Origin: Octopus bimaculoides
Lineage: Eukaryota
Assembly: GCF_001194135.2 (NCBI RefSeq)
Contig: NC_068993.1
Location: forward strand, 55,380,480-55,416,133
DNA length: 35,654 nt
Direction: 5' to 3'
Part shown: piece by piece, positions 34,788 to 35,654 of the stretch
Layout: each line of letters opens with the position of its first letter
Position numbering within the stretch: position 1 is the stretch's first letter
Notes under the pieces: model-generated
What the model was told of the DNA's origin: nothing
What the model saw: only the letters and a program-made list of their open reading frames with translations
Database searches by the model: none
Position numbers and translations under genes: made by a program

Positions 34788-35308
34788 GGTGCGATGGGTA
34801 AATTGTCACCATTCTTATAATTTAAATTTCACACATGTGCATTGTTTGTTNNNNNNNNNNGAGAGTGATAAAAATCAAACATCCAGTCAACATCATAGTG
34901 TTTAAAGCTATCGCTAGTGATGGCGACGTTATGTTTCCATTCATCTTGCCACACAGCCTCAAACTCAACACAGAGGCCTACATCAAGTGCCTGGAGGAGG
35001 TAGTGCTGCCCTGGATCAAGAGGGTGACCACTGGAAGACCCTATGTCTAGCAACAGGACTCTGTACAATGCCACACAAGCAAGAAAACCCAGTCATAGCT
35101 GTCAGACAATTTCTGCGACAACATCGCCCCTAACATCTGGCCACCTAACTCCCTGGACTGCAACCCCCCCTGATTATTATGTGTGGGATGCAGTTGAGCA
35201 AGAGACCAACAAAACTCCTTGTAACACCAAAGATGAACTGAAGGCAAGGATTACGGCAGTATTCACCAACTTAAACAAGGAGACTGTCCAGAAGAATTGC
35301 AGAAGGTT
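34785..35308 (+). pseudogene. Tc1/mariner maT (DD37D) transposon fragment: left TIR and transposase catalytic domain
   Basis: TA-CAGGGTGCG terminus; peptide ...VVLPWIKRVTTGRPYV*QQDSVQCH...WPPNSLDCNP(fs)DYYVW. There are 37 residues between D (35057) and D (35172), with two TAG stops and a +1 frameshift. Confidence 0.85.
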
Positions 35309-35413
35309 GGCCGAGGCTATAGCAGAAGACACTTGCTCAAGGTGTCACACAGTGGGACTGAACCCAGAATCATGTGGTTGGGAAGCAAGCTTCTTATCAC
35401 ACAGCCATGCCCG
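35309..35413 (-). mobile_element. SINE family A head truncating the transposase
   Basis: ccgaggctatagcagaagacacttgc...gggactgaaccc...cacacagccatgcc. Confidence 0.85.
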
Positions 35414-35654
35414 CACCTATATGTATAAAAGTGATAAGAGTTAACGAACGAAACTCTCAGCCCCTGAGCCACTTTGTTGCTTCAGCTAAATATTAATAAT
35501 ATATATATTCATGTTCTGAGTTCTATTTATCATGTTTGCATCACTAAACGTGTGTGTGTGTGTGTGTGCGTGTGTGTGTGTGTACGTGTGTGTGTGTGTG
35601 CGTGTGTGTGGGTGTGTGTGTAAATGTAGCGTATTCTTTGATACATTATAACTG

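Overview
Eukaryotic, AT-rich, CpG-poor, gapped scaffold segment (six N-runs) with no confidently identifiable host protein-coding gene; it reads as intergenic or deep intronic DNA. The extreme microsatellite density and the SINE repertoire resemble an octopus (coleoid cephalopod) genome, most likely a short-read assembly. This assignment is inference from recognition of the repeats, not a database result. The window is a layered collection of transposon relics: about five tRNA-derived or RTE-tailed SINE families, an RTE reverse-transcriptase (RT) relic, a bipartite non-autonomous RTE, a CRE-clade RT relic, a Penelope-like element (PLE) RT relic, a DD37D (maT) Tc1/mariner transposase pseudogene, hAT- and piggyBac-like MITE ends, and several minisatellites. 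The most notable signal is a set of hammerhead ribozyme (HHR) motifs in three unrelated Penelope-like terminal-repeat (pLTR) families. Two families occur as head-to-head palindromes (7464-7773 and 27564-27724). One copy (7641-7735) retains a complete catalytic core (CUGAUGA...GAAA...GUA), a palindromic stem III and an unusually long stem II. Nearly all long ORFs in the supplied track are artefacts of microsatellites or N-runs.
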